DNA of 64,000 bases from an uncultured bacterium (GTDB taxonomy: Bacteria; Chloroflexota; UBA5177; JANWHV01): the NCBI GenBank assembly GCA_963729625.1, contig CAVSOU010000010.1:1120001-1184000 (forward strand), read 5' to 3'. The stretch's first letter is position 1. Every line of letters begins with the position of its first letter. A program made the position numbers and the translations under genes. Shown here in pieces: positions 42,086-52,608 of this stretch. The notes beneath the pieces are model-generated. The model saw only the letters and a list, made by a program, of their open reading frames with translations, was not told the DNA's origin and did no database searches.

Positions 42086-43093
42086 ATGCGCTCTCGAACC
42101 TTCGGGCGAACGGGTTGGCAAGTCTCGGATATCGGGTTTGGTGGATGGGCGATTGGAGGCGGATGGGGTCCTCAGCGGGACGAAGATAGTCTTGCCGCCT
42201 TGCACCGTGCCCTGGACCTGGGCGTGACATTCATCGACACGGCCCAGGGTTACGGCCAGGGGCACAGCGAGCGCCTGATTGGGCGCGTGCTGCGCGAGCG
42301 CGGCCAGCGCGTCGGTACGGGCGACATCAAGGTGGCCACGAAGATCCCGCCGACCGATGGTCACTGGCCTCCGTTCCCCGATGACGATATGAATGTGCGC
42401 TACCCCGCGGTCTATCTTCGGCGGCGAGTCGAGGAAAGCCTGCGGCGGCTAGACGCCGAACGTCTGGATCTCCTGCAGCTTCACACCTGGACACGAGCAT
42501 GGAATCAGCAGCCAGCACCGTTGGTGACGCTGCGCGAGCTCCAAAAGGAAGGGAAGATCGGCGCGATTGGCATTTCCACGCCCGAGCATGATCAGAACTC
42601 TTTGATCCAGCTCATGCGTCAGGGTTGGCTGGACGGCATCCAGGTGATCTACAACATCTTTGAGCAAGAGCCTGCCGCGGAGTTGCTCCCTGCCGCTTTG
42701 GAAAACGGCGTGGGCGTGATCGTGCGGGTGGTCTTTGACGAGGGTTCCCTGACCGGGAAGTTCACGTCACGGACGACGTTCGTTCAAGGAGATTTCCGGT
42801 GCTCCTACTTTCGCGGTGATCGTCTCGCCACAGTCGTAAACAAGGTCGAAGCCGTGCGGCTGGCCGTGCGGAAGGTAACCGGGGAGCAGCAGCCGGACAT
42901 GGCGGGAACAGCGATTCGGTTTGCCCTGCAGCACCCCGCCGTATCCACGGTAATCCCGGGTATCCGAACGGTGAGCCAGGCTGAGGCAAACGTCGCGGTG
43001 TCGGATTTGGGACCACTTGATTCGCGCCTCTATGCCGCTCTCAAGGAGCACAACTGGCGCCGTGGAGATTGGTATGGTGGCGAAGGCATCTAA
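42086..43093 (+). CDS. Aldo/keto reductase
   Basis: IGFGGWAIG, FIDTAQGYG, VATK, SLRRL..D..QLH, VIPG. Confidence 0.95.
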   Translation: MRSRTFGRTGWQVSDIGFGGWAIGGGWGPQRDEDSLAALHRALDLGVTFIDTAQGYGQGHSERLIGRVLRERGQRVGTGDIKVATKIPPTDGHWPPFPDDDMNVRYPAVYLRRRVEESLRRLDAERLDLLQLHTWTRAWNQQPAPLVTLRELQKEGKIGAIGISTPEHDQNSLIQLMRQGWLDGIQVIYNIFEQEPAAELLPAALENGVGVIVRVVFDEGSLTGKFTSRTTFVQGDFRCSYFRGDRLATVVNKVEAVRLAVRKVTGEQQPDMAGTAIRFALQHPAVSTVIPGIRTVSQAEANVAVSDLGPLDSRLYAALKEHNWRRGDWYGGEGI

Positions 43094-43223
43094 ATCCAGG
43101 CAACACTATCCGAAACCCGGCCATCGGCACAGGGGCTGGATGCGTTTCCCGTTCATAACGCCGCCAGACGAACTCCGGAGGGCTGCCTTCGGCGAACGGC
43201 CGCGGCAGGCGCGTTGAAGGGCC

Positions 43224-44429
43224 ATGATGAGCAATGAAGTTGTAAGCCCGGATTCCCTCGGCTGGAGCTCACGTTCGGTGTGGGCCGGTGAGGAAGAGTA
43301 CCTGTTGCAGGGTGCCACGCAAGTGCCGGTCGTGCACAGCGTGTCATTCGGTTATCGCGATGTCGACGAATGGCTGGCCGTCGCTCGGGGCGAGAGACCG
43401 GGCCATATTTATGGCCGCAACACCAATCCGACCGTGCAGGTGCTTGAGGAAAAGATCAGGCAGTTGGAAGGCGCCGAAGCAGCCACGAGCTTTGCCACGG
43501 GCATGGCCGCAATCAGTGGCACGCTGTTCGCCCTGCTCAGGCCAGGCGATCGTGTCGTTTCGGTAAAGGACACCTACGGAGGAACCAACAAGCTGTTCTT
43601 GGAGTTCCTTCCGCGTGCCGGCATACCCGTGCAGCTTTGCGATACCACGGATTTTGCATCAATTGAAGCTGAGATCCTCACCGGTTGTTCGTTGCTGTAT
43701 CTCGAGAGCCCGACAAATCCGACGTTGAAGGTCGTCGACCTGGAGCGATTGGCTGCCGCCGCCCATCGTGCCGGAGCAATCGTTGTGGTCGACAACACAT
43801 TTGCGACGCCGATCAACCAGAATCCTCTGGCGTTGGGTGCGGACCTGGTCCTGCATAGCGCGACCAAATTCCTTGGCGGACATGCCGATGCGCTGGGCGG
43901 CCTCGTATGCGGCTCCCGGGCACTCGTCGGCCAGGTCTATCACTATCGTGAGATCAACGGCGCTACCCTCGATCCTATGGCCGCCTATCTGTTGCTTCGC
44001 GGCATGAAGACGCTGAGCCTGCGCGTTCGTCAGCAGAACGAGAGTGCGATGCGTATCGCTCAGTTCCTGCAAACCCAACCCGGTGTGGATCGTGTCTTCT
44101 ATCCCGGGCTGCCTGACCACGAAGGGTATGCAGTGGCGCGGCGTCAGATGCGAGGCTTCGGCGGTGTGCTGAGCTTCATGCTCGCGGGAGGATTCGACGC
44201 AGTCCGCGCGTTTCTGCCACAGCTGCGCCTGGCGCATCTTGCCGCAAACCTTGGCGCGGTAGAAACAGTGGCCGGACCGCCCGCCACCACAAGCCATGTC
44301 GAATCGTCGCCCGAGGAACGCGCACGTATGGGGATACCAGAGGGATTGATTCGCTACTCGGTCGGAATAGAGGACGTGGACGACCTGATTCGCGACCTCC
44401 GACGGGCGTTTGACGCAATTCTAGCCTGA
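43224..44429 (+). CDS. Cystathionine gamma-synthase/lyase family PLP enzyme
   Basis: YGRNTNPT, ESPTNP, DNTFATP, HSATKFLGGH (PLP lysine), RYSVGIED. Confidence 0.95.
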   Translation: MMSNEVVSPDSLGWSSRSVWAGEEEYLLQGATQVPVVHSVSFGYRDVDEWLAVARGERPGHIYGRNTNPTVQVLEEKIRQLEGAEAATSFATGMAAISGTLFALLRPGDRVVSVKDTYGGTNKLFLEFLPRAGIPVQLCDTTDFASIEAEILTGCSLLYLESPTNPTLKVVDLERLAAAAHRAGAIVVVDNTFATPINQNPLALGADLVLHSATKFLGGHADALGGLVCGSRALVGQVYHYREINGATLDPMAAYLLLRGMKTLSLRVRQQNESAMRIAQFLQTQPGVDRVFYPGLPDHEGYAVARRQMRGFGGVLSFMLAGGFDAVRAFLPQLRLAHLAANLGAVETVAGPPATTSHVESSPEERARMGIPEGLIRYSVGIEDVDDLIRDLRRAFDAILA

Positions 44430-44642
44430 CAACGGGTAGGCGCAAGACCCTCGACGCCTGCCTCTGAAGCTAGGTGCTGCACAGGCAACCCCACAGGGGA
44501 TTGACCACAGCGCGACAGCTGCCGAAGTGTCGGGAGACCGAACCATGACCATGGCAAGCCGCGAGCAGATCCTGGCCGTGAGCGGCGGCATCCTGGGCTA
44601 TTTCTTCCGGCGTGGCTGGCTTCAGTAGGGTTCAGGTTAGGT

Positions 44643-47006
44643 TCAGAACGATTGGTGTTCGGTCCGGGCAATGATCTCGTCCTGCAGAGCCTTGCCAAGA
44701 TCGCAGAAGTAGTCGCTGTAACCTGCCACGCGCACGATCAGGTCGCGATGCCCTTCAGGATGCCGCTGCGCATCGAGCAGACTTGCTGCATCGACCACGT
44801 TGAACTGTATGTGATGCCCGTCGAGCTTGAAATATGTGCGGATCAGTCCGACCAGGCCGTCCATACCGGCCTCGTCCGCCAGCAGCTGCGGAGTGAACTT
44901 CTGGTTCAGCAGTGTGCCGCCAGTCCGGACATGATCCATCTTCGCCGCCGACTGGACTGCCGACGTAGGGCCACGGCGATCTGCTCCCTGCACGGGTGAT
45001 ATCCCCTCGGAGAGCGGTTCACCTGCGCGACGTCCGTCAGGTGTCGCGCCAATCACCGAGCCAAAATAGACATGCACCGTGGTCGGCAGCAAGTTGATAC
45101 GATATCTGCCGCCCTTGGTGTTCGGTCGGCCGTCGATGGCATCGAAGTAGATGTCGAAGACCTGCCTCATAACGCTGTCGGCGTAGTCGTCGTCGTTGCC
45201 GTACCGTGGTGTGAGGTTAAGCAGCAACTGGCGCGATCGCTCTTGTCCGGCGAAGTTGGCGTTCAGTGTCGCAACCAGCTGGTCCATCGTCAGCGCGTGG
45301 CGATCGAACACGTGATACTTGATCGCAGTGAGGGAATCGGTGATCGTGCCAAGCCCCACGCCCTGGATATAGCTGGTGTTATACCGTGCGCCGCCGTCGT
45401 GATAATCACGGCCGGTCGCAATACAGTCGTCGGTGAGCAGTGACAGGAACGGCGCGGGCATATGGAGAGCGTACAGCCGTTCGATCACACAGTTGCCGCG
45501 AATCTTGACATCGACGAAGTGACGGAGCTGCCGCTCGTAGGCTGACATCACGTCATCGAACGACGTGAACTGCCCGGGATCGCCGGTGGATACGCCAATT
45601 CGCGCGCCCGTCAGCGGATCGACGCCGTCGTGCAGGGCCAGCTCCAGCATTTTCGGCATGTTGAAATAGCCGGTCAGGTTGTAGTTCTCTTTGCCGAAGG
45701 CGCCCACCTCGACGCAGCCACTCGACCCGCCCGCCCGGGCGTCGTGGACGGATTTGCCTTGCCGCACCAGCTCCTGCACGATCAGGTCGGCATTGAAGAC
45801 GGAGGGCTGGCCGAAACCGGTCCGGATGATCTCGCCGGCACGCCTGAGGAAGCGATCGGGGCACTTCTTGCTGACCTGAATCGACGCACTGGGTTGCAGC
45901 AGGCGCATCGATTCAATCACGTCGAGCAACAGGTACGTCACGTCGTTCACTGCATTCGACCCGTCGGATTTGACCCCGCCGAGATTGATCTGCGCGAAAT
46001 CAGTATAGGTGCCGCTCTCCTCCGCGGTGATGCCCACCTTGGGCGGCGCCGGCTGATTGTTGAACTTGATCCAAAAGCACTGCAGCAACTCCTCCGCGGC
46101 CTCTCGGGTAAGCGATCCGTCGGCAATGCCACTGGCGTAGAAGGGGTACAGGTGCTGATCGAGGTGCCCGGGGGAAAAGGCATCCCAGGTGTTAAGCTCG
46201 GTGGTGACACCCAAATGCACGAACCAATAATACTGCAGAGCTTCCCAGAAGTCGCGCGGCGCATGTGCCGGTACATGCAAACAGACCGTCGCAATGTGTT
46301 CCAGCTCACGTTTGCGTGCCGGATCGCTCTCTTGCAGTGCCTGCGCGCTCGCCATCTCGGCGTGGCGTTCCGCAAAACGGATCAGGGCATCGGTACAGAT
46401 TGACATCGCCTGCAGTTCCTGTTGCCTCGCATAGGCCTGCGGGTCGCCAAGGTAATCCAGTCGGCGCAAGCCGTCGTGGATATCGTGCTTGAAGTCCAGC
46501 ATACCTCTGCCGTAGATTTTGCCGTCCAGCACAGTGTGGCCCGGCGCGCGCTGCTCCATGAACTCGGTGAAGACGCCGGCTTGGTAGGCCGCATTCCATT
46601 CGTCCGTCATCTCTCGAAAGATCAGGTCTCGCATCGATTGGTGCTGCCAGAAAGGCTGGATCATCTCGGCATGCACGTCCCGTGCCTGCCCACTGACCGC
46701 GAACGGGATCTTGTCGCGCGTGTCCAGGATTTCGAGGTCCTGCAGACTGTGGCAGCAGAGCTCAGGATAGGTCGGCGTTGCCTTGGGCGCCGGGCCCTTC
46801 TCGCCGACGATAAGCTCGTCGGCGCCGATATAGACGGTCTTGTGCTCCATCAGATACTGAAACGCCAACGCGCGGCGCATCGGCGCGGAGAGCAGGCCTG
46901 TCTGCCGCCGATAGGCGTCGGTCAGTAGCACGGCGCGTTCGGTGGAAATACATGGCGTGGCATCCAAACTCTGGCGGCGCAGGCGGATCACGCGATCACC
47001 GAGCAT
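44643..47006 (-). CDS. hypD: Glycyl radical enzyme, trans-4-hydroxy-L-proline dehydratase
   Basis: TEFMEQRAPGHTV, ELNTWDAF, QPAPPKVG.T..ES.TYTDF, SGCVE, LTGY, LPTT and RVAGYS match the HypD active-site residues as I recall them. Confidence 0.9.
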   Translation of the reverse strand: MLGDRVIRLRRQSLDATPCISTERAVLLTDAYRRQTGLLSAPMRRALAFQYLMEHKTVYIGADELIVGEKGPAPKATPTYPELCCHSLQDLEILDTRDKIPFAVSGQARDVHAEMIQPFWQHQSMRDLIFREMTDEWNAAYQAGVFTEFMEQRAPGHTVLDGKIYGRGMLDFKHDIHDGLRRLDYLGDPQAYARQQELQAMSICTDALIRFAERHAEMASAQALQESDPARKRELEHIATVCLHVPAHAPRDFWEALQYYWFVHLGVTTELNTWDAFSPGHLDQHLYPFYASGIADGSLTREAAEELLQCFWIKFNNQPAPPKVGITAEESGTYTDFAQINLGGVKSDGSNAVNDVTYLLLDVIESMRLLQPSASIQVSKKCPDRFLRRAGEIIRTGFGQPSVFNADLIVQELVRQGKSVHDARAGGSSGCVEVGAFGKENYNLTGYFNMPKMLELALHDGVDPLTGARIGVSTGDPGQFTSFDDVMSAYERQLRHFVDVKIRGNCVIERLYALHMPAPFLSLLTDDCIATGRDYHDGGARYNTSYIQGVGLGTITDSLTAIKYHVFDRHALTMDQLVATLNANFAGQERSRQLLLNLTPRYGNDDDYADSVMRQVFDIYFDAIDGRPNTKGGRYRINLLPTTVHVYFGSVIGATPDGRRAGEPLSEGISPVQGADRRGPTSAVQSAAKMDHVRTGGTLLNQKFTPQLLADEAGMDGLVGLIRTYFKLDGHHIQFNVVDAASLLDAQRHPEGHRDLIVRVAGYSDYFCDLGKALQDEIIARTEHQSF

Positions 47007-47914
47007 CCTTGTCCTCCAACGGTCACATTCAGTCCGAACTGGCTCAACAGGAGCGCGACACGTTCCACACGCTCAAGTGAGGGTGGACGCATGCCGGAAA
47101 GTCGATATGGTTTCCCCAGGTTACTGTACTTGTCCGTCGCGACGGCGTGATACGGCAGAATATCGACCCCGTCGACCTGTGCCAGCGACGCGGCAAACGC
47201 GCCGATCTGGCCGATCGTCTCATCGTCGTCATTGATGCCGGGGATGAGCGGCACACGGAGCATGATACCGTGCCGGTGTTGCGATAATCGCCGTAGGTTT
47301 CTTAGGATTGGCGCGTTGGGCACGCCCGTGTACTCGCGATGTGTGGCATTGTCTATCAGCTTGAGATCGAATAAGAACAGGTCGACGAACTCGCGAATGA
47401 GGTTGAAACTCTCCCATGCCGCGAACCCGCTCGTGTCTACAACGGTATGAATATCTTTCGCCTTGCACGCTTGAAGCAGCGCGAGCAGAAAATCGCGCTG
47501 CAATAAGGGCTCGCCACCGGAAAAGGTTGCTCCACCACCGGACTGATCGTAAAAGGCGATGTCGCTTTCCACCTCGGTCATCACCTGCGCGGTGGTCATC
47601 TCCTTGCCAATTCGTTCGCGCGCCTGGGCGTAGCACTCGCCGGCACACGTGCCGCAGTGCTTGCACGCCGCCCGATCGGTGACCGGCGCACCTTCCGCCC
47701 ACCGAATAGCGTGCTGGGGACATATCTCGACGCAGGCTCCGCAGCGAATGCAGCGGTTTCCATGAAGGATCATTTCCGGGGCACTTGCCTGGCTTTCAGG
47801 GTTGTGACACCACCAGCAATTGAGCGGGCATCCCTTGAAGAACACTGTCGTCCGGATGCCGGGACCATCATGAATCGAGTATTTCTTGATATCGAAAACC
47901 AGGCCGCTCTCCAC
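46988..47914 (-). CDS. Glycyl-radical enzyme activating enzyme (radical SAM with ferredoxin insert)
   Basis: HDGPGIRT.VFFKGCPLNCWWCHNPE, two CxxCxxCxxxC motifs, SGGEP; GGAGG before the GTG at 47914. Confidence 0.95.
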   Translation of the reverse strand: MESGLVFDIKKYSIHDGPGIRTTVFFKGCPLNCWWCHNPESQASAPEMILHGNRCIRCGACVEICPQHAIRWAEGAPVTDRAACKHCGTCAGECYAQARERIGKEMTTAQVMTEVESDIAFYDQSGGGATFSGGEPLLQRDFLLALLQACKAKDIHTVVDTSGFAAWESFNLIREFVDLFLFDLKLIDNATHREYTGVPNAPILRNLRRLSQHRHGIMLRVPLIPGINDDDETIGQIGAFAASLAQVDGVDILPYHAVATDKYSNLGKPYRLSGMRPPSLERVERVALLLSQFGLNVTVGGQGCSVIA

Positions 47915-47936
47915 GGTGCCTCCACTCTGCAGTAGC

Positions 47937-47966
47937 AGCGTATGCGTGTACAAACGAGACTGTCAA
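47937..47966 (-). promoter_or_regulatory. Putative sigma70 promoter of the activase-hypD operon
   Basis: TTGACA-18-TACGCT on the minus strand. Confidence 0.5.
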
Positions 47967-48238
47967 CCAGCGCGCCAACGCCCCGGTGGGCATCTACGCA
48001 GACGCATTAGTCTGCATATCCATAGCAATACTATTGCACCCCCTAGGTGCAAGGTGGGGGTTCCGTTTGCCGGCCCGGTTTTCGGGCGCACATGCCGCCT
48101 GTGACACGCCGTACATTGATGGATGGGCCTCTGCTGTCGCGCCACATACGGGTTTCCTAGTGCGTCATGGAGGCTCGGTCTGCCTTGCAAAGTCCTGCGG
48201 AGCTGGACGTGCGTATTGACTGGGAGAAGAGGAGAGCG

Positions 48239-49000
48239 ATGCCTGAAAGGCGAGCGCTGGTCACGGGAGCATCGCGGGGTATCGGCGCGGCGATCGCCGC
48301 TGCCCTGGCCACGGCCGGCCACGTGGTTGCCGTGCACTGCCACAGGAACATCGCCGCGGCGCAAAACGTGGTCGCCGGCCTGCCCGGGCAGGGCCATTGC
48401 GTCGTGACCGGCGACCTCGCCGATCCCGACCAAGTTCAGGCGTTCGTCTCCGCCACGGTCAGCGCACTGGGCGGCATCGATACCCTGATCAACAACGCGG
48501 GCATCTACAGTGACCACCCCATATCCGCAGTCTCCTATGCTGAGTGGCAGGCCGCCTGGCGGCAGACTCTTGACGTCAATGTCCGTGGCAGCGCCAACGT
48601 GACCTGGTGTGTGGTCGACCATCTCCTCCACCGGCCCGAGGGACCAAGAGGCGCGCGTATCATCACGATCGGATCGCGCGGCGCATATCGCGGAGAGCCT
48701 ACCGCTCCAGCGTACGGTGCTAGCAAGGCCGCAGTGCAGGCCATGAGCCAGTCCCTGGCGGTGGCCCTCGCCGCGCACGGCATCGCCGTGGCTGCCGTTG
48801 CGCCGGGCTTTGTGCGGACGGAGATGGCCGAAGCAACGCTGTCCGGTGCGTTAGGCGACACGATTCGGGCCCAGAGTCCCTTCCTGCGAGTGGCCGAGCC
48901 GACGGAGATTGCCGCGGCCGTGGCGTGGCTCGCCTCGCCTGGAGCAGAGTGGGCGAGCGGCGCCGTGCTGGACCTGAACGGCGCCTCCTATCTACGCTGA
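48239..49000 (+). CDS. SDR family oxidoreductase
   Basis: TGASRGIG, NNAG, YGASK. Confidence 0.95.
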   Translation: MPERRALVTGASRGIGAAIAAALATAGHVVAVHCHRNIAAAQNVVAGLPGQGHCVVTGDLADPDQVQAFVSATVSALGGIDTLINNAGIYSDHPISAVSYAEWQAAWRQTLDVNVRGSANVTWCVVDHLLHRPEGPRGARIITIGSRGAYRGEPTAPAYGASKAAVQAMSQSLAVALAAHGIAVAAVAPGFVRTEMAEATLSGALGDTIRAQSPFLRVAEPTEIAAAVAWLASPGAEWASGAVLDLNGASYLR

Positions 49001-49222
49001 GCGTCCCGCCCTAGCCATGGAACGAGTTAACGAGTTGCACATCTTGCCGCGCGCGTGTAGCAGCACGTACACTTGCTGCAAGCCAACAGACTGCACGGCA
49101 GCATGCGGTTCGCCTGCTGGGTCGGAGCGGTTGCAGGCAGACCAGTGATGTGCGAGCTGGGTCAATGCCGCACCATTACGGTCGGCACCCGCGACAATTG
49201 ACGCCGCAGAGAGTATAGGGCC

Positions 49223-51313
49223 GTGAAGGCGCTGATCCAGGGTGGCGTGCAGCAGGCACGGCGAGGGTTGCGACACTGGTGGCGCCCAATGTTGCTCTGG
49301 GCTGTCGTGGTCGTAGCCTCCGGAATTGTCGCGATACAGAGTGATGCGCGCGAGCGGAAGGCTCTTTCCGACCAGTTTACGCTGCGCACGACAATCGCCG
49401 GCACGTTTCTGGCCAGGTACGTCCAGGACCAGCAGACGCTCATGCGCGTGCGGGGTGAGGACCTGCTTGCTGGACCGATTGTTACCGCCCAACAGCTCAA
49501 GTTAGTCGTGTCAGGCCTGGGCTTTGCCGGTGGCGGCGTGTTCGATGGGAACGGGCGGCTGCTTATGAATGCGCCGTATCTCCCAGCTTTCATCGGCCGC
49601 GACTACAGCGCTACGCTGGAGCACGTGCGCCTTGCCGTCCAGACGAACCGATCCGCAGTCTCGCAAGTGCTGGTGTCACCAGCGTTGAACACTCCGGTGG
49701 TCGCCCTTGCCGTACCCTATCCTACCTCGGCAGGGCGACGAATCTTCACCAGCGTGCTGCGGGTGGATGGGAACACGCTGACGAACCTGCTGGGGAATTC
49801 CGTGGGATTACAGACCGACGCGATCTACCTGATCGACCGTACTGAATATGTCATCGCCGGCTCAAGCGCGCTCAAAGCAGCGATTATTCCCCTGAGCAGC
49901 CTTGCGCCTGCGTTGCCGCACGCCTTGGCGCACAACGCACGTGGCTCGTACACTGCCGACCACCACAGCCAGTATTATGCTTCCAGCTCCGTGGGCGCCA
50001 CGGGCTGGCGGCTGGTCACAGCGGTCGGCACGGCGGCACTTTACCAGTCGCTTGCCTCCGGTGAAACCTCCACGCACTTGTTGGTTGGCGCCCTGTGGAT
50101 GGCTTCCCTCCTGGCAGCCATCTGGTACGGCGTGAGCGCCCGCCGGCGGGAACGCGTGCGAGAGGTGCTCGTTCGCGAGCGAGAGATGGCACGGTCAAGT
50201 GCGCGTCTGCAGCAAATCATCGAGGTGCTGCCAGAGGGCCTCATCCTCTATGACACCTCCGGGGAACGCGTGGGCCTGAACCGGGCAGCCGTTGCACTGT
50301 TGGGCGCCAACCTGCTAGGTCAACGCATCGAACAGGACTACCAGGCCGCATGGCGTGTCGATGGCACGCCGTACACGCGCGACGAGTTGCCCGCGGTGCG
50401 CTCGATGCGGACTGGAGAAGTGGTGCTCGGAGAGCAGATGCTTCTACGCAATCTTGCCACGGGCCACGAGACGCCGCTGTTGCTCAGCAGCGCTCCCCTG
50501 CGGGCAGACGACGGGTCGATTGTCGGCGGCATGGCCGTGCTGCAGGATATCTCTGGCCTCGTAGAGCTTGAGCGGCAGCGCGATCGCATGCTTTCTGTAG
50601 TGGCCCACGACCTGCGCAACCCGCTCACCAGTATTGCCGGTATGAGCCAGCTCCTGCAACTGCGGGCCGGCCGTCTGGAAAAGCCGATACGTGGTCGGTT
50701 CGTCCCGAGCCTGCAGACGATCGAGATGGCGGCGAGGCAAATGACGACGCAGATCGGCGATCTGCTCGACTACGCGCAGGCACAGGCTGGTCGGAAGCTG
50801 GAGCTTGCCCTGGAATCCACTGATATCGTGGCCCTTGTGCGAAGAGTGGTGGACCAGCACCGCCACTCGACGGACGCACATACTCTGGAGGTACGCGCTG
50901 CCGAGGAGTCGATTGTGGTCCAGGTGGATCCGCGCCGCATGGAGCGCGGCATTGCGAATCTCGTCGTCAACGCCATCAAGTTCAGTCCCGGAGGGGGACC
51001 GATAGTGGTCACCGTGACGCGAACCGCTGAGCCAGACGGTGACTGGCTGCACATCGACGTCGCCGATCGCGGGGTGGGCATTCCGCGCGCCGAGCTACCG
51101 CGTATCTTCGATCACTACTATCGAGCCAGCAACGTGGCCTCTACGATTCCCGGCACCGGGATCGGACTCGCCGGCGTGCGCTACACGATCGAGCGACACG
51201 GCGGAACGGTGACCGTCGACAGCACTGAAGGCGTGGGGACCGTGGTCACGCTGCGCGTTCCGCTGCGCGACAGCGCCGGCCAGACCGACGCACAGGGTGG
51301 TAGCCTGAGTTGA
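49223..51313 (+). CDS. Membrane sensor histidine kinase (Cache-like, PAS, HisKA, HATPase)
   Basis: Two TM segments, PAS-like region, AHDLRNPL H-box, NAIKF, D.GVGI, GTGIGL. Confidence 0.93.
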   Translation: MKALIQGGVQQARRGLRHWWRPMLLWAVVVVASGIVAIQSDARERKALSDQFTLRTTIAGTFLARYVQDQQTLMRVRGEDLLAGPIVTAQQLKLVVSGLGFAGGGVFDGNGRLLMNAPYLPAFIGRDYSATLEHVRLAVQTNRSAVSQVLVSPALNTPVVALAVPYPTSAGRRIFTSVLRVDGNTLTNLLGNSVGLQTDAIYLIDRTEYVIAGSSALKAAIIPLSSLAPALPHALAHNARGSYTADHHSQYYASSSVGATGWRLVTAVGTAALYQSLASGETSTHLLVGALWMASLLAAIWYGVSARRRERVREVLVREREMARSSARLQQIIEVLPEGLILYDTSGERVGLNRAAVALLGANLLGQRIEQDYQAAWRVDGTPYTRDELPAVRSMRTGEVVLGEQMLLRNLATGHETPLLLSSAPLRADDGSIVGGMAVLQDISGLVELERQRDRMLSVVAHDLRNPLTSIAGMSQLLQLRAGRLEKPIRGRFVPSLQTIEMAARQMTTQIGDLLDYAQAQAGRKLELALESTDIVALVRRVVDQHRHSTDAHTLEVRAAEESIVVQVDPRRMERGIANLVVNAIKFSPGGGPIVVTVTRTAEPDGDWLHIDVADRGVGIPRAELPRIFDHYYRASNVASTIPGTGIGLAGVRYTIERHGGTVTVDSTEGVGTVVTLRVPLRDSAGQTDAQGGSLS

Positions 51314-51580
51314 ACGCCGCCTCTCGTCTACCCCGCTCGGCCGCTTGCAATGGGTAGCGCCGGAGCGGCGCACGCATGACTCGCAGAGCAGCAATACGTG
51401 GTATCCTCTGGTTACCGGGGAGGGTTCGATGCGGGGCGATTGTGCCGGGGTATTGGCCGACAAGCGAACGATCGACGCGCAGTCCGAGGCACTGGTCGAG
51501 CCCGGCAGCCGTCACCTCCGAGCGACCGCTGCCTGGATGCCGTGCTTCCTTCGCATTTCGGTACGCTTGGGCTGCCGCTC

Positions 51581-52486
51581 GTGACCCCTCAGGCTCGGCG
51601 GGCAGAGCTCCGTCAGCTGTTGGGCGATTTGCCGGACGTCATATCGCCGCCGACGGCGACGAAGCTGGACGAAGCGGTGCGCGATGACTACGTGCTGGAG
51701 ACGCTCGTACTCGACCTGAACGGCCTCGAAACCGTGCCGGCCTACTTCTCGCGGCCGCGCCATGCGACGGGGCGAGCGCCGGCTGTGCTCTACAACCACT
51801 ATCACAACTACGACTACGAGTCGGGCAAGCGCGAACTCATCAACGGAGCCAGTCTCATGCAGCAGCCGCCGTATGCGGTGGCGCTCGCGCGGCAGGGATA
51901 TGCCGCGCTGTGTATCGACGCGTGGGCCTTTGGCGAGCGACGCGGGCGCACAGAGTCAGAGATCTTCAAGCAGATGTTGTGGCAGGGCCAGGTGCTGTGG
52001 GGCATGATGGTGTTCGATAGCCTGCGCGCCGTCGACTACCTGACTGCGCGCGATGATGTCGACAGCGGACGTCTGGCCACGCTTGGGATGTCGATGGGCA
52101 GCTCGATGGCCCAGTGGGTCGCTGCCCTGGACGAACGGGTGCACGTCTGCGTCGATCTGTGCTGCTTGACCGACTACCAGGCCCTCATTGACACGCAGAA
52201 TCTGGACGGCCACGGCCTCTACTACTACGTGCCGCACCTGCTGAAGCACTTTAGCTCCGCGGAGATCAACGCGTTGATCGCCCCCCGACCACATTTGGGC
52301 CTGGCCGGGAATTTCGATCGACTCACGCCGAAGGTGGGCCTCGACCGCATCGATGCCCATCTCCGGCAGGTCTATACGGAGCGCGGTGTCCCTCAAGCCT
52401 GGCAGTTGCAGCGCTACAACGTCGGCCACCTCGAGACTGCGGCGATGCGCGCCACGGTCCTTGCATTCCTGGCGCGGTGGCTGTAG
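51581..52486 (+). CDS. Alpha/beta hydrolase (dienelactone hydrolase / acetylxylan esterase-like)
   Basis: FGER, GMSMG nucleophile elbow, IAPRP, D.L, GH; start approximate. Confidence 0.88.
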   Translation: MTPQARRAELRQLLGDLPDVISPPTATKLDEAVRDDYVLETLVLDLNGLETVPAYFSRPRHATGRAPAVLYNHYHNYDYESGKRELINGASLMQQPPYAVALARQGYAALCIDAWAFGERRGRTESEIFKQMLWQGQVLWGMMVFDSLRAVDYLTARDDVDSGRLATLGMSMGSSMAQWVAALDERVHVCVDLCCLTDYQALIDTQNLDGHGLYYYVPHLLKHFSSAEINALIAPRPHLGLAGNFDRLTPKVGLDRIDAHLRQVYTERGVPQAWQLQRYNVGHLETAAMRATVLAFLARWL

Positions 52487-52608
52487 AACTCCAGCACGCG
52501 TTGCCCTCTTCGACTTGCAGGCGTGTTTGACCTCGGCACGACCGGCCGCTCTCTCTGCCGCGCGCCGTCCCGAACAGAGCGGTCGCGAGACAGCCTTGGC
52601 CCGTAAGC

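Noticed and set aside
43094-43223. SAM riboswitch upstream of the cystathionine gamma-synthase-like gene
   Set aside because: No SAM-I core sequences are visible.
44643-47006. Pyruvate formate-lyase or a novel glycyl radical enzyme
   Set aside because: It has a single Cys (GCVE) rather than CC, and the active-site motifs match HypD.
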